Assembly: GCA_024280885.1 (NCBI GenBank)
Contig: JAJRPF010000055.1
Span: 39,674-103,673, forward strand
Reading direction: 5' to 3'
Origin: Planctomycetota bacterium
GTDB taxonomy: Bacteria > Planctomycetota > JAJSAM01 > JAJVHW01
Length of the DNA stretch: 64,000 bases
Positions 44,561 through 54,915 of this stretch are shown here, piece by piece (position 1 is the first letter of the stretch; every line of letters starts with the position of its first letter). A program made the translations under genes and the position numbers. Under the pieces are notes generated by a model that had not been told where the DNA came from, did no database searches, and saw only the letters and a list, made by a program, of their open reading frames with translations.

Positions 44561-45175
44561 GTCATCCTCCTGCGGGTTTGCGTTGCATGGGATCTGCGTG
44601 TCCGCGCGTCCACGCGTGCCAGTGTCCACGTCTGCCAGCGCTCGTGCCGGAGAGCGGAGCTCTCCGCGTCGAGGCGCTTCGCAGCACGTCAATGCACCAT
44701 TGAATCACTGCTGAGGGTTCGCGCAGGAATAACTTCGTGGGACCGAGGGCGAGCGAAACGGCGTGGGGCAAGGCGCATCGACGACGCGACTCGCGGTCAT
44801 GATTGAATTGGACGGGGAGCCGAGTCGGGGAGGAGAGGCAACGCAGCCCCACGCCGTCGCAGCCGACCGAGTCCCCGCAGCTAATCCTGCGCGGACCCTG
44901 AGGCCAGACGCGGAGAAGAGGTCGCGGGTAGAGCTGAGTATCCGAATGCAGAGTCAAATCACGCGCTCCATAAAGGCCCCCTCAGGGGTGCCGATATCCA
45001 GTGCAGCGACGGAGCGGGCGGGCCGACAACCCGGACCGAACGCGAACTCGCTGCCTGACACTGCCAGCCCGGGGCGCACCCTTCCCAAAGCCCTCGTGCA
45101 GCTTGCTGCATCGCGCCCTGGGCCCCTCTCCTCCCCTGACACGGCGTTGCTCGGACTCGCGAGCTCGCCTGCGGA

Positions 45176-45529
45176 GTGTCCATGACCAACGACGAACGGA
45201 TCGCGGCCCTCGAAGGTCGCCTCGAGACCCTGCATGACGAGTTCTCGGCCTACGCTCTCGGGCGCGAGCAACTCTTCGGCGATATCGAGGAGCTCTTCCT
45301 CGAACTCGGAAAGGCGCTCACGCTCGTCGCTGTCTCGTTGGAAGATCTCTCCGAGGAGGAGGAGCCAGCGCTCTTCAGCGACGCCACGGGCGTGATGGCG
45401 CGTGCCTTCGAGCTGCAGGCCCTGCTCGGGATGTTCGGTGACAACGTGAACGTGCTGCACGAGCGCCTGAAGACAATGCGCCGACCGCGCGCGCAGCAGA
45501 TCCTCGAACCGGCGACGGCGAGTTCCTGA
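45176..45529 (+). CDS. Hypothetical acidic helical protein (117 aa)
   Basis: ORF with GGAG 9 nt upstream of ATG; coiled-coil-like composition; no recognisable family. Confidence 0.35.
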   Translation: MSMTNDERIAALEGRLETLHDEFSAYALGREQLFGDIEELFLELGKALTLVAVSLEDLSEEEEPALFSDATGVMARAFELQALLGMFGDNVNVLHERLKTMRRPRAQQILEPATASS

Positions 45530-45541
45530 GAAGCGCGCTGA

Positions 45542-46717
45542 TCAGGTGAGTTCGCGCATGGCCGCGTCGAGACCGGCGAGCGTGAGCGGGAACATCCGAT
45601 CGTCGAGCATCTCGCGCACCATGGCGATCGATTCGGTGTAGTCCCAGCCGCGCTGCGGCACGGGATTGAGCCACACGGCGTCCGAGAAACGATCGAGGAA
45701 GCGCTTCATCCAGACGTGGCCGGGTTCGTCGTTGAAGTGCTCCACGGCTCCGCCCGGCATCACGATCTCGTAGGGACTCATCGAGGCATCGCCGACGAAG
45801 ACGAGTTTGTAGTCGCGACCGTAGGTGTGCAGGAGATCGAGTGTGGGTGTGCGTTCGTCGTAGCGCCGGGCGTTGTCGCGCCACATGAACTCGTAGACGA
45901 AGTTGTGGAAGTACCAGTGCTCGAGATGCTTGAACTCGGAACGGCAAGCCGAGAAGAGCTGTTCGATCTCGCGAATGTGATCGTCCATCGATCCGCCGAC
46001 GTCCAGCAGCAGGAGTACCTTGACCTTGTTGTGTCGCTCGCGCTCATAGCGCAGATCCAACCAACCGGCGTTATCCGCGGTCGCCCGGACCGTGTCGTCC
46101 ACGTCGAGGAGGAGTTCGCCGCCTTCGCGCGTGAAGTTGCGGAGGCGACGCAGGGCGATCTTCATGTTGCGCGTGCCGAGCGCGACCGAGTCGTCGAAGT
46201 CACGAAATTCGCGCTTGTCCCAGACCTTCACCGCGCGACGGTGGCGCGAGACGCCCTGCCCCATGCGGATGCCCTCGGGATTGTAGCCCCACGCGCCGAA
46301 GGGCGACGTGCCGCCGGTGCCGATCCACTTGCTCCCACCCTGATGGCGCTCATGCTGTTCGCGCAGTCGGTCGCGGAGCGTCTCCATCAGCTTCTCCCAG
46401 CCGCCGAGAGACTCGATCAGCGCCTTCTCTTCCTCGCTCAAGAAGCGCTCCGCGAGTTTGCGCAACCACTCGTCGGGGATCTCAGCATCGAACTTATCGA
46501 AATCGAGATCGAGGCCTTTGAAGTGGTGCCCGAAGACCTGGTCGAAGCGGTCGAAGAGGCGTTCGTCCTTCACCAACGCGGTGCGCGCCAGGTAGTAGAA
46601 GTTCTCCAGCGAGTAGCCGTGGAGTTCCTGCGAGAGCGCCTCCAGCAGCATCAGAAACTCCCGCAGCGAGACCGGAAGCCGTGCCCGCCGCAACTCGAAG
46701 AAGAACCCCACCAGCAC
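45542..46717 (-). CDS. CoxE-like VWA-domain protein (partner of CoxD/MoxR-type ATPase)
   Basis: VWA core KVLLLLDVGGSMDD..., conserved ...GRDYKLVFVGDASM...; begins 3 nt after the upstream AAA+ gene. Confidence 0.75.
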   Translation of the reverse strand: MLVGFFFELRRARLPVSLREFLMLLEALSQELHGYSLENFYYLARTALVKDERLFDRFDQVFGHHFKGLDLDFDKFDAEIPDEWLRKLAERFLSEEEKALIESLGGWEKLMETLRDRLREQHERHQGGSKWIGTGGTSPFGAWGYNPEGIRMGQGVSRHRRAVKVWDKREFRDFDDSVALGTRNMKIALRRLRNFTREGGELLLDVDDTVRATADNAGWLDLRYERERHNKVKVLLLLDVGGSMDDHIREIEQLFSACRSEFKHLEHWYFHNFVYEFMWRDNARRYDERTPTLDLLHTYGRDYKLVFVGDASMSPYEIVMPGGAVEHFNDEPGHVWMKRFLDRFSDAVWLNPVPQRGWDYTESIAMVREMLDDRMFPLTLAGLDAAMRELT

Positions 46718-46720
46718 GTG

Positions 46721-47566
46721 TCACCGGCCTCGCCGACGACCGTGGCGTGAACCCAGGTGGCGAACAGTGGCGACGTCTTCCTCGCTCTTCAGCAGCGCGC
46801 CGAAGAGCGGCGGCATCCCGCCTTGGCTGGCCTTTTCGAGTGCCTCGTCGGGAACGCTCTCGGCCTCGAGCACCTTCAACCAGTCGAGGAGCTCCGATGT
46901 GCTCGGCCGCTTCTTGAGACCCGGCACTTCACGCAATCCGTAGAAGACGCGCATCGCGGCGTGGATGAGCTTTTCACGCAGGTCCGGATGGTGGACATCG
47001 ACGATCCTGCTCATCGTCTCGGCATCCGGGAATTTGATGTAGTGGAAGAAGCAGCGCCGGAGGAATGCGTCCGGCAGTTCCTTCTCGTTATTCGACGTGA
47101 TGATGACGAGTGGACGCTTGGTCGCCCGGATCGTCTCCTTCGTCTCGTAGACGAAGAACTCCATGCGATCGAGTTCGAGCAACAGGTCATTCGGGAATTC
47201 GATATCCGCCTTGTCGATCTCGTCGATCAGGAGGATCGCGCCGTCGTCCGAGTCGAATGCTTCCCAGAGCTTGCCACGCACGATGTAGTTGGAGATGTCG
47301 TTGACGCGCTCGTCGCCGAGTTGACCATCGCGGAGGCGAGCGACTGCGTCGTAGTCGTAGAGCCCCTGCTGCGCCTTGGTCGTGGACTTGACGTGCCACG
47401 TGACGAGCGGTTTCCCGAGCGAGCGGGCGATCTCCTCTGCCAGGACCGTCTTGCCTGTGCCCGGCTCGCCCTTGACGAGCAGCGGACGTTCGAGGGCGAT
47501 CGCAGCGTTGACGGCCACCATCAGATCCTCGGTGGCGATGTAGTTTTCGGTTCCCTGAAAGCGCAT
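46721..47566 (-). CDS. CoxD/MoxR-like AAA+ ATPase
   Basis: Walker A VKGEPGTGKT, Walker B ILLIDEIDKA, sensor LVIITSNNEKELPDAFLRR; ATG 47566 preceded by GGAGGA. Confidence 0.85.
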   Translation of the reverse strand: MRFQGTENYIATEDLMVAVNAAIALERPLLVKGEPGTGKTVLAEEIARSLGKPLVTWHVKSTTKAQQGLYDYDAVARLRDGQLGDERVNDISNYIVRGKLWEAFDSDDGAILLIDEIDKADIEFPNDLLLELDRMEFFVYETKETIRATKRPLVIITSNNEKELPDAFLRRCFFHYIKFPDAETMSRIVDVHHPDLREKLIHAAMRVFYGLREVPGLKKRPSTSELLDWLKVLEAESVPDEALEKASQGGMPPLFGALLKSEEDVATVRHLGSRHGRRRGR

Positions 47567-47683
47567 CTCGGTCCTCCGGCCCACGTGAGGCCTCGCGAGG
47601 GTAGGGCGAACCGGTCCCCTCCCGGGAGTTCCCTTGGCGCGCGCCTCGGTGAGCGCTACTTCGTGGGCGCCATCTCGTGGGCG

Positions 47684-48349
47684 CTACTCGTCGTCTTCGG
47701 ACGCGTCGGTGCCCGTATCCGAGGCGCCGCTGCCGTCGAGGTCCGGATCTTCGGTATCCGCTGCGTCGTCGTCGGGCGTTTCGAGGGCGTCGTTCAGCCT
47801 TGCCGCGAAGAGCGGCGAGTCCACATCGATGCGTTCGAGCAGGAACTCGCCATCGGCCTCGCGCAGCGTGATTGCGATCGTGGCGTCGCCGTTCGTGAAC
47901 GTCCCGTCGTAGACGAGAGAGTGCAGCTTGCCCGCACGCGATCCGACACGCGTATTCACGTCGTATGTGCGGATCCGCATGCTCTCGAGGTCGCCCATCA
48001 CGCCGGCGACGCGATCGTGTACCCCCTGCAGGCCGTCGCGGTCGGTCGTCGCCCGGTATTCCTCCGACGTGCGCTCCCACGCGTCATCGACCCGGTGCTC
48101 TGCGAGGAAGAGCGTGCAGTACTCCTCGGCAGCTGCGCCGCTCTCTCCGGCGAGATCCGCAACGATCTCGCGCAAGCCCTCCTCGAAGCCACCCGGATTA
48201 TCTGCAATCTCGCGCGCGCCGAGAAAGCCAATGACTCCGACGCCGCCACAGCATAGAAGACTCACCGCGCCGAGAACTCCGAGCACGATCCACAACGTGT
48301 TGGACTTACCTTCTCCGCCACCCATCGCCTCACCTCTCTGTCTTGCCAC
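47684..48349 (-). CDS. Hypothetical membrane-anchored protein with acidic C-terminal tail
   Basis: N-terminal TM helix LWIVLGVLGAVSLLCCGGVGVIGFL; C-terminus is D/E/S/G-rich; start may be the internal ATG at 48325. Confidence 0.5.
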   Translation of the reverse strand: MARQRGEAMGGGEGKSNTLWIVLGVLGAVSLLCCGGVGVIGFLGAREIADNPGGFEEGLREIVADLAGESGAAAEEYCTLFLAEHRVDDAWERTSEEYRATTDRDGLQGVHDRVAGVMGDLESMRIRTYDVNTRVGSRAGKLHSLVYDGTFTNGDATIAITLREADGEFLLERIDVDSPLFAARLNDALETPDDDAADTEDPDLDGSGASDTGTDASEDDE

Positions 48350-48465
48350 TGCTCTGTATTGCCACTGCCTCGCGCCGATCGCATCCGATGAAAGCTTCTA
48401 CCACGCCGACTCGGCAGGAAGCGATCTGCGGACCCTGAGGTAGCCTGCCCGGTCTTCCACTCCTC

Positions 48466-51400
48466 ATGCCTCTCCCCGCACACCTCGTCGCCATGTTCCC
48501 GAAGGACGCCCGCAAGAAGGGGCGCGCCTATGCGGCTGGCGGCGATGTGCGCATCGACGCCATGACCGAGACCACGGTTGCGGCCGATGTGCGCGACGAG
48601 CGCATGTACACCGTCGAGATCGACCTCTCGGAACTCGATGCTCCGCGGCTCAGTTGCACCTGCCCCGCGTGGCAGCGATGGGGCCCGTGCAAGCACCTGT
48701 GGGCAACTTTGCTGGAAGCGGATCGCGAGGGGCTGCACGTGCTGCAGCCAGAGGTCCCACTGCGACCGGCGCGCGTCGAAGAGGTGCCGCCAGCCGACTG
48801 GGAGGGGCGTCTCGACGCACTCGCAGAGACCTACGGGCGCCACGAGCCGGAGCCGATCGTCCGCCGCGCCTCCGAAGTCCTCTACGTGATCGACCGGACG
48901 CGGAGTCGGCGGTCGCACATCCTGGCCCTGACGGTTTTCGTTCGGCGGCGTCTGCGGAGCGGCAAATGGGGCATCTTGCGCGCATTCGGTCCGGCCTCTC
49001 GCGACGCACCGCCGGCGCTCGACGCCACCGATCGCGCGGTCCTCGCGGCGCTGCGTGGGGCCTCGGAATGGTCCCGCGAAGACGATGTCGATATGGATAC
49101 GTTCCTGCTCGACAACGATCAGATCGGCGTTTTCGTGCCGCTTCTCTGTTCGACCGGTCGTCTGCTTCTCGGGGAGCCTGCGCCCGAAGAGAAGTTGCAA
49201 CCGCTGACCTGGTCCGCGGAGCCGTCCTGGCGGTTGGAGACAGCGCTCGAGCGGACCGAAACGAGCGATCGCGTCCATCTCTCGGCGTCGCTGGTACGGG
49301 GCGACGTGAAGAAGCGCCCCGAGGAGCTCGATCTCTGCCTGCCGACCGGGCTGGTCATCTTCGAGCACGTCGCAACGCCGCTGCGCGTCGGCCACGCTGG
49401 CCCATGGCTCCAGGCGTTCCTCGACGAAGGGCCGATCGCGGCCGAGAAGGACGACGCCGAGGCCTTCGTCGAACGACTGCTCTCACTCCCGGCCGCGCCA
49501 CCACTCCGCGGCGATGCCGTCGAGTTGATCACCGGCGTTCGCCCGCAACCCCATCTCGACGCACGCGCAGCGGTCGAGGTCGGGCCGGGCTGGGTCGACT
49601 GTCGCGTCTGGGCGAATTACCACACGGATCGCGTGCGTCTCAGCGACCGATCGACGGCCGTGAACGATGCCGAAGGGCGCCGCCGCGTCGTGCGGGACAC
49701 CGAACTTGAGCGCGAGCTCAGCAAGAGTGTGCTGGAGCATGCCGAGGCCCTTCCGCCCCAGGGACCGGACTCCGATCTCTCGCTTCCGGCCACCACTCTC
49801 GTCACGTTGCTCCCCGCACTCCTCGCCGAGGGCTGGACGGTCGAGGCCTCCGGGAAGCGGTATCGTTCTGCAGGCAGCTTCAAGGCCAGCGTCGCGTCGG
49901 GAATCGACTGGTTCGGCGTACAGGGCGGCATCGAATTCGATGGTGTTCTCGCGCCGATGCCCGAGCTGTTGCGCTCGATCCGCGCCGGCAGTCGCACGGT
50001 CCGACTCGACGACGGTTCGCTCGGACTCCTTCCGGACGACGTCTTGCGAACCTGGGGATTGCTCTCCGCGATCGGGCGCGTCGAAGACGACGAGTTGCGC
50101 TTTGCGAAGCACCAGGGCTGGGTCATCGACGCGCTTCTGGCTTCGCGCGAGGGTGTGCAGGTCGATCCCGACTTCGAGGAGTATCGCCGTCGCCTCCAGG
50201 GCTTCGCGGGCATCGACTCCATCGACGAGCCGGAGACGTTCCAGGGCGAGTTGCGCACGTATCAGCGCGAAGGCCTCGCGTGGCTGCAGTTCCTGCGCGA
50301 GTTCGCCTGCGGCGGCTGTCTTGCGGACGACATGGGGCTCGGCAAGACCGTCCAGGTTCTGGCAATGCTCGAGGCGCGCCGCATCGACGATCAGGACCAC
50401 GGTCCGGCGCTGGTCGTTGCCCCGCGCTCCGTGGTCTTCAACTGGATCGACGAAGCCGCACGCTTCACTCCGGAGCTGAAGGTCCTCGACTACACGGGGC
50501 CGGGACGCCGCAGCCACATGGACGAGCTCATGTCGTACGACCTGATCGTCACGACGTACGGCGTGCTGCGTCGGGACATCGAGCAGTTGGTCGAGATCGA
50601 GTTCGACTACGCGATTCTCGACGAGTCACAAGCGGTGAAAAATGCCGCCACACAGGCGTCGAAGGCGGCTCGTGCGTTGCGGGCACGGCATCGCCTCGCG
50701 CTCTCTGGCACGCCGCTCGAGAATCACCTCACCGAGTTGTGGTCGCTCTTCGAGTTCCTGAACCCCGGGATGCTCGGTCGCAGCAGCGCCTTCAAGCGAT
50801 TGACGCGCAAAGGGGCTGGCGACGGGATCGACCGCGAGGGGCGTGCCCTACTCGCGCGCGCTCTGCGTCCGTTCCTCCTGCGACGCACGAAGGAACAGGT
50901 CGCGAAGGACTTGCCCGAGAAGACCGAGCAGACGTTGCATTGCGAGATGGGTCCGAAACAGCGTCGACTCTACCGGGAGCTCGCGACGCACTATCGCGAG
51001 TCACTCCTCGCGAACGGCGCCGAGGCGGCGATCCAAGGATCGCGCATGCATGTGCTTGAGGCACTGCTCCGCCTTCGTCAAGCGGCCTGTCATCCTGGCC
51101 TTCTCGATCCGGCGCGGCGCGGCGAGGAGAGCGCCAAGCTGGACGCTCTCCTGCCACTGCTCGAAGAGGTACTGGAGGAGGGGCACAAGGCGCTCGTCTT
51201 CAGCCAGTTCACGTCGATGTTGTCGATCGTACGCGATCGGTTGGACGCCGCGGAGATCACGTACGAGTACCTGGACGGCCAGACCCGCGACCGCAAGAAG
51301 CGCGTCGATCACTTCCAGAGCGACGAGTCTTGCGGTGTCTTCCTGATCAGCTTGCGCGCGGGCGGTCTTGGTCTCAATCTCACCGCCGCGGACTACGTGT

Positions 51401-51636
51401 TCATTCTCGATCCGTGGTGGAACCCGGCCGTCGAGGCGCAGGCGATCGACCGCACGTATCGCATCGGGCAGACACGCCACGTCATGGCGTACCGCATGGT
51501 CTGCAAGGACTCGGTCGAAGAGAAGATCCTCGATCTGCAGAGCAAGAAGCGCGCGCTCGCCGACGCGATCCTCACTGACGACAACGCGGTGCTGACCGAT
51601 CTCTCGCCGGGCGACCTCGAACTCCTGCTCTCGTAG
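48466..51636 (+). CDS. SWIM zinc-finger plus SNF2-family helicase
   Basis: N-terminal SWIM motif CTCPAWQRWGPCKHLW; SNF2_N motifs LRTYQREGLAWL, LADDMGLGKTVQ, DESQAVKN; helicase-C region FLISLRAGGLGLNLTAADYVFILDPWWNPAVEAQAIDRTYRIGQ. Confidence 0.9.
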   Translation: MPLPAHLVAMFPKDARKKGRAYAAGGDVRIDAMTETTVAADVRDERMYTVEIDLSELDAPRLSCTCPAWQRWGPCKHLWATLLEADREGLHVLQPEVPLRPARVEEVPPADWEGRLDALAETYGRHEPEPIVRRASEVLYVIDRTRSRRSHILALTVFVRRRLRSGKWGILRAFGPASRDAPPALDATDRAVLAALRGASEWSREDDVDMDTFLLDNDQIGVFVPLLCSTGRLLLGEPAPEEKLQPLTWSAEPSWRLETALERTETSDRVHLSASLVRGDVKKRPEELDLCLPTGLVIFEHVATPLRVGHAGPWLQAFLDEGPIAAEKDDAEAFVERLLSLPAAPPLRGDAVELITGVRPQPHLDARAAVEVGPGWVDCRVWANYHTDRVRLSDRSTAVNDAEGRRRVVRDTELERELSKSVLEHAEALPPQGPDSDLSLPATTLVTLLPALLAEGWTVEASGKRYRSAGSFKASVASGIDWFGVQGGIEFDGVLAPMPELLRSIRAGSRTVRLDDGSLGLLPDDVLRTWGLLSAIGRVEDDELRFAKHQGWVIDALLASREGVQVDPDFEEYRRRLQGFAGIDSIDEPETFQGELRTYQREGLAWLQFLREFACGGCLADDMGLGKTVQVLAMLEARRIDDQDHGPALVVAPRSVVFNWIDEAARFTPELKVLDYTGPGRRSHMDELMSYDLIVTTYGVLRRDIEQLVEIEFDYAILDESQAVKNAATQASKAARALRARHRLALSGTPLENHLTELWSLFEFLNPGMLGRSSAFKRLTRKGAGDGIDREGRALLARALRPFLLRRTKEQVAKDLPEKTEQTLHCEMGPKQRRLYRELATHYRESLLANGAEAAIQGSRMHVLEALLRLRQAACHPGLLDPARRGEESAKLDALLPLLEEVLEEGHKALVFSQFTSMLSIVRDRLDAAEITYEYLDGQTRDRKKRVDHFQSDESCGVFLISLRAGGLGLNLTAADYVFILDPWWNPAVEAQAIDRTYRIGQTRHVMAYRMVCKDSVEEKILDLQSKKRALADAILTDDNAVLTDLSPGDLELLLS

Positions 51637-51690
51637 CCGGTTCGCGACGCAGCGCACCCCGTCACTCGCACCCCGTTCATGCGCAGAGGG

Positions 51691-54600
51691 TCACTCCCAG
51701 TCGAAGCGCAGGATCGTGTACTTATCCGACGCTTCCTTGAGCAGGAACGACGTGCGCGAGAGTTGCTCGCGGTCGGTACCCGGATACCGGATCACCGTGG
51801 CGTAGCAGCGACTGCGGAGCGTTGTTCGAAGTCCGTCGGAGCCGTAGTAGTTCGCCTTGACGATGTACGCACCGGAGACGGCCCGGCCGAGGACGAACAT
51901 CTCGGGCCCATAGCCCTGCGTGACGTCGTCCGTGATCCCACCACCGATCGGGGAGCGGGGCACCCCGTAGTAACACTCGAAGCCCGTCGGGTCGATGACG
52001 TGGAGATCGACGTCCGTGCGATCGGTGTTCCACGTCAGCGTGACCACGAGTTCGGGGAGCGCGCGTAGGTACTTTGACGCGATGCGCTCCCGGGCGTCGT
52101 CAGCGATATTGGTCAACGTCGTCGTCACCTCTCCGCGCTCGATGCGGCGCAGCAGCCGCAAGTAGTCCATCGCGGCGATCAGTCGGAATGCACCGAAGCG
52201 CTCCGACCATTCGCCGCGTACTGCGATCTCGTACATCAGAAGAGCCGCATCGATCTTGTCGAGGCGCACCAGGCACTCGGCCATCGCCCGGTAGGTCTCC
52301 GGCTCATGCGGGCGCGCGTTCGCGACGCGTCGCAGCAGCCCGTAGGCCTGCGCGGGCCGGTCCCAATCCAGCATGGTGAACGCAACGTCGCGGAGCAGCG
52401 CGCTGGAACCCGGGTCCGCCTCGACGAGGGAGGAGAGGGCGCGGATGCCGTCGGAGACTCCCCGAACGGACGCGCGACCGAGCGCCTCGTCCTGCGCGGC
52501 GTCGTACGTGATTTTCTCGATGGTCAAGACCGAACGATAGGCGTCGGAGACGTCGTCCCAGGAGCGCGTGGCGCACGCCAGTGGGGCGGCATCGATGTCG
52601 AATGCCGAGGCGGGGAGTCGGACTGCGGCGCCGCGGACGGTGTCGAGATCCTCGAACGTGACTCCGGAGACGCGCTCCAGTCGATCGAGCCACGCCAGGA
52701 ACCGAGTGCGGGCGTCGGCGCGTCCTCGCTCTGCCGCGGCAGCGTGCTCGGCGACCACCGCCTCGACGGGACGCCGACGCACGTTCTCGGCTTCATCGGC
52801 CGGGACGATCTCGTAGCGGGCGTACGCCTCGTCGTCTTCGAGCATGAGCAACGAACAGGTCGTGCCCGTCACGCGATAGTGCAGCGCGTAGGAACGCGCA
52901 TCGTCGGAAGCGACGGGTTCGAGCGATTCCAGAGTGCCCGTCGCGATCTCGCCGTAGGTGCGCGCGGCGAGTGCAGATGGAGTGGGGGAGTCGAGTGGGA
53001 CGCGAACCGTCCGCGTCTGCCCGTCCTGCTCAAGCGTCAGGACGATCTCGTCTCCGGCCTGTGGACGACCTCTACCCGCGATGCGCAATCGCTGACCGGG
53101 GAAGAGTGCGAATGGACGTCCGGCGATCAGGATGTCGGAACAACCCGCCACCTCGACGCTGCGCAGCGTCCACGGTCGCGAGCGATGCGCGACAGCGGCG
53201 GCCCGAATCTCGTCGTCTGACGAGACGGAGAACACCGCGCCGCCGGTCTCCCTTGCCAGCGCTTCCAGGGCGCGTGTGTCGGAGCCGGCGAAGGGGCTCG
53301 CATACGCGAAGACGGGCGCCGCGAGGCCGCGGGCCACTGTCCGAGCCAACTCGACACCCCATGTCTCGGCGCCGTCGGAGAGCAGAAAGAGGTCTGCGTC
53401 GAGCCGTCCACTCGCCCACGCGGGCGCGCCGGCTTCTCGGAGCGCGGCCCCGAGATCCGTCGCCCCCTCGACGGCGAGACGACGGGCGTCCTCCACAAGA
53501 GCGGCGACCGTGGCTGGGTCGTTCTGCGCGAACTGCCCGCGCCACCACCACGTCTCGACGTTGAAGAAGAGAACAGCGAACTCCTGCAGCTCGGGCCGGT
53601 TGCGTTCGAGAGTTGCCCGCATCAATTCGATCCACGTGTTGACGCGATCTGGATTGGCAGACATCGACACGTCGAGCAGGAAGATCGCACGGCGGGACGG
53701 CGTCGCCTCCGTCGCTGGCACATCGGGCGTGATGACGCTGGCGAAATGTGGTCCGAGGGCAGGATCGTCGCCTGTGAGCGTCATGCCGTTCGACGCCGGG
53801 ATCACGACGCCGACGCGTTGACCTGCGACGTCGTCCCACGTGAATGTGGCGTGCGTCACGGTTATGTCGGCGGCGGTCACCGGAGACGCGTCGCTCGAGA
53901 GCGCATCGTCGATGCCGTCGATCGACTGCTGCACGACGACACGCGTCGCCTCGACCGATGAGGGAACGCTCAGTGCGAACTCAAGGCCCCCGGCGACCGG
54001 CGTCAGATCGACGTCGTAGGCGATCGTGATGCGCGACCGCTTTCCGGGCAGGAGGGGGAATACGCGCGTCGAGAAGATCCCGGCCCCGTTCCATTCCATC
54101 AGCGCGGGATCGACACTGTTCGCCGTCTCGGCGGCATAGGCCCTTTGCGCCGCCTCCCGGGGGACGATGCGCGCCTCGCGGAAGACGTCCTGCGTTCCGC
54201 GCGCGGCGCGCAGTGTGCTCGGTGAAAAGTCAAGCGCCGGGATCGCCTGCTGCGGCAGATCGATCAGGAGCGGCGCCTCTGCAACGGTGTCGCCGAAGGC
54301 CAAGTAGTGGACGGACGCCTCGTCCGGCAAGCGCAGCTTGAACGAGCCTTCGAGCGGCTGGTCGAACGTATTCGTGTATTGCAGATCGAGCACCACGCGC
54401 GCGCGAAAGCCGTCAATCCGCACCGTTGCCTGATACGCGTCGAGTGGCAGGAACTCGTCGTCGCCGATTGTGAGTTTGCACGCGCCTTCGGCCTGCTCGG
54501 AGCGTTTCCAGTTCACCACGCGACCGCCGCGCGCCGCGTTCGCACTCTCAGATTCGTATTCCTCTTCGCCTGCTCCGCCGAATGCTGCAACGCCCTCGGT

Positions 54601-54915
54601 GGCTCGCCCGAACATCGGACTTCGGTCGGGCTCCTCGGCCGACGCGGGGGCGCCGCCGGCGCTCGGTGGCGGAGGTGCTTCACCCTCCTCCGAGTCCTCG
54701 TCGGCCATGCCGAACGTCGGGTTACGGGAGGCCACCTCGGACATCGACGGGAACCAATCCGGCGCGAAGAACGTGTCGATCCATTTCTCTGGAGAGACGT
54801 CCGATGGCCGCGGTGGTTCCGGGGGAGGGGACGACGGCCCGTTGGTCGCCTGTGGCGCATCGCCACAGGCTGCGATTCCGACCAGCGCGATGATGAGAGC
54901 AACAAGACGACGCAC
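51691..54915 (-). CDS. Large secreted lipoprotein with VIT (vault inter-alpha-trypsin) domain, VWA domain and DUF2135-like C-terminus
   Basis: Lipoprotein signal LVALIIALVGIAAC; VIT-like region (QATVRIDGFRARVVLDLQYTN...), VWA core AIFLLDVSMS; C-terminal ~150 aa resemble DUF2135. Confidence 0.7.
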   Translation of the reverse strand: MRRLVALIIALVGIAACGDAPQATNGPSSPPPEPPRPSDVSPEKWIDTFFAPDWFPSMSEVASRNPTFGMADEDSEEGEAPPPPSAGGAPASAEEPDRSPMFGRATEGVAAFGGAGEEEYESESANAARGGRVVNWKRSEQAEGACKLTIGDDEFLPLDAYQATVRIDGFRARVVLDLQYTNTFDQPLEGSFKLRLPDEASVHYLAFGDTVAEAPLLIDLPQQAIPALDFSPSTLRAARGTQDVFREARIVPREAAQRAYAAETANSVDPALMEWNGAGIFSTRVFPLLPGKRSRITIAYDVDLTPVAGGLEFALSVPSSVEATRVVVQQSIDGIDDALSSDASPVTAADITVTHATFTWDDVAGQRVGVVIPASNGMTLTGDDPALGPHFASVITPDVPATEATPSRRAIFLLDVSMSANPDRVNTWIELMRATLERNRPELQEFAVLFFNVETWWWRGQFAQNDPATVAALVEDARRLAVEGATDLGAALREAGAPAWASGRLDADLFLLSDGAETWGVELARTVARGLAAPVFAYASPFAGSDTRALEALARETGGAVFSVSSDDEIRAAAVAHRSRPWTLRSVEVAGCSDILIAGRPFALFPGQRLRIAGRGRPQAGDEIVLTLEQDGQTRTVRVPLDSPTPSALAARTYGEIATGTLESLEPVASDDARSYALHYRVTGTTCSLLMLEDDEAYARYEIVPADEAENVRRRPVEAVVAEHAAAAERGRADARTRFLAWLDRLERVSGVTFEDLDTVRGAAVRLPASAFDIDAAPLACATRSWDDVSDAYRSVLTIEKITYDAAQDEALGRASVRGVSDGIRALSSLVEADPGSSALLRDVAFTMLDWDRPAQAYGLLRRVANARPHEPETYRAMAECLVRLDKIDAALLMYEIAVRGEWSERFGAFRLIAAMDYLRLLRRIERGEVTTTLTNIADDARERIASKYLRALPELVVTLTWNTDRTDVDLHVIDPTGFECYYGVPRSPIGGGITDDVTQGYGPEMFVLGRAVSGAYIVKANYYGSDGLRTTLRSRCYATVIRYPGTDREQLSRTSFLLKEASDKYTILRFDWE

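Noticed and set aside
44561-45175. Looked for selC (tRNA-Sec) in the long non-coding stretch beside the selenoprotein gene
   Set aside because: The only UCA-containing candidate (agagtcaaatcac) lacks the invariant U33 and flanking stems. I could not build a cloverleaf by eye. It needs a covariance-model scan before any claim.
46757-48256. 499-aa + strand ORF
   Set aside because: Antisense to the CoxD/MoxR ATPase and the membrane protein gene; not protein-like.
48262-50517. 377-aa and 344-aa minus-strand ORFs
   Set aside because: Antisense to the SNF2 helicase, which carries complete helicase motifs.
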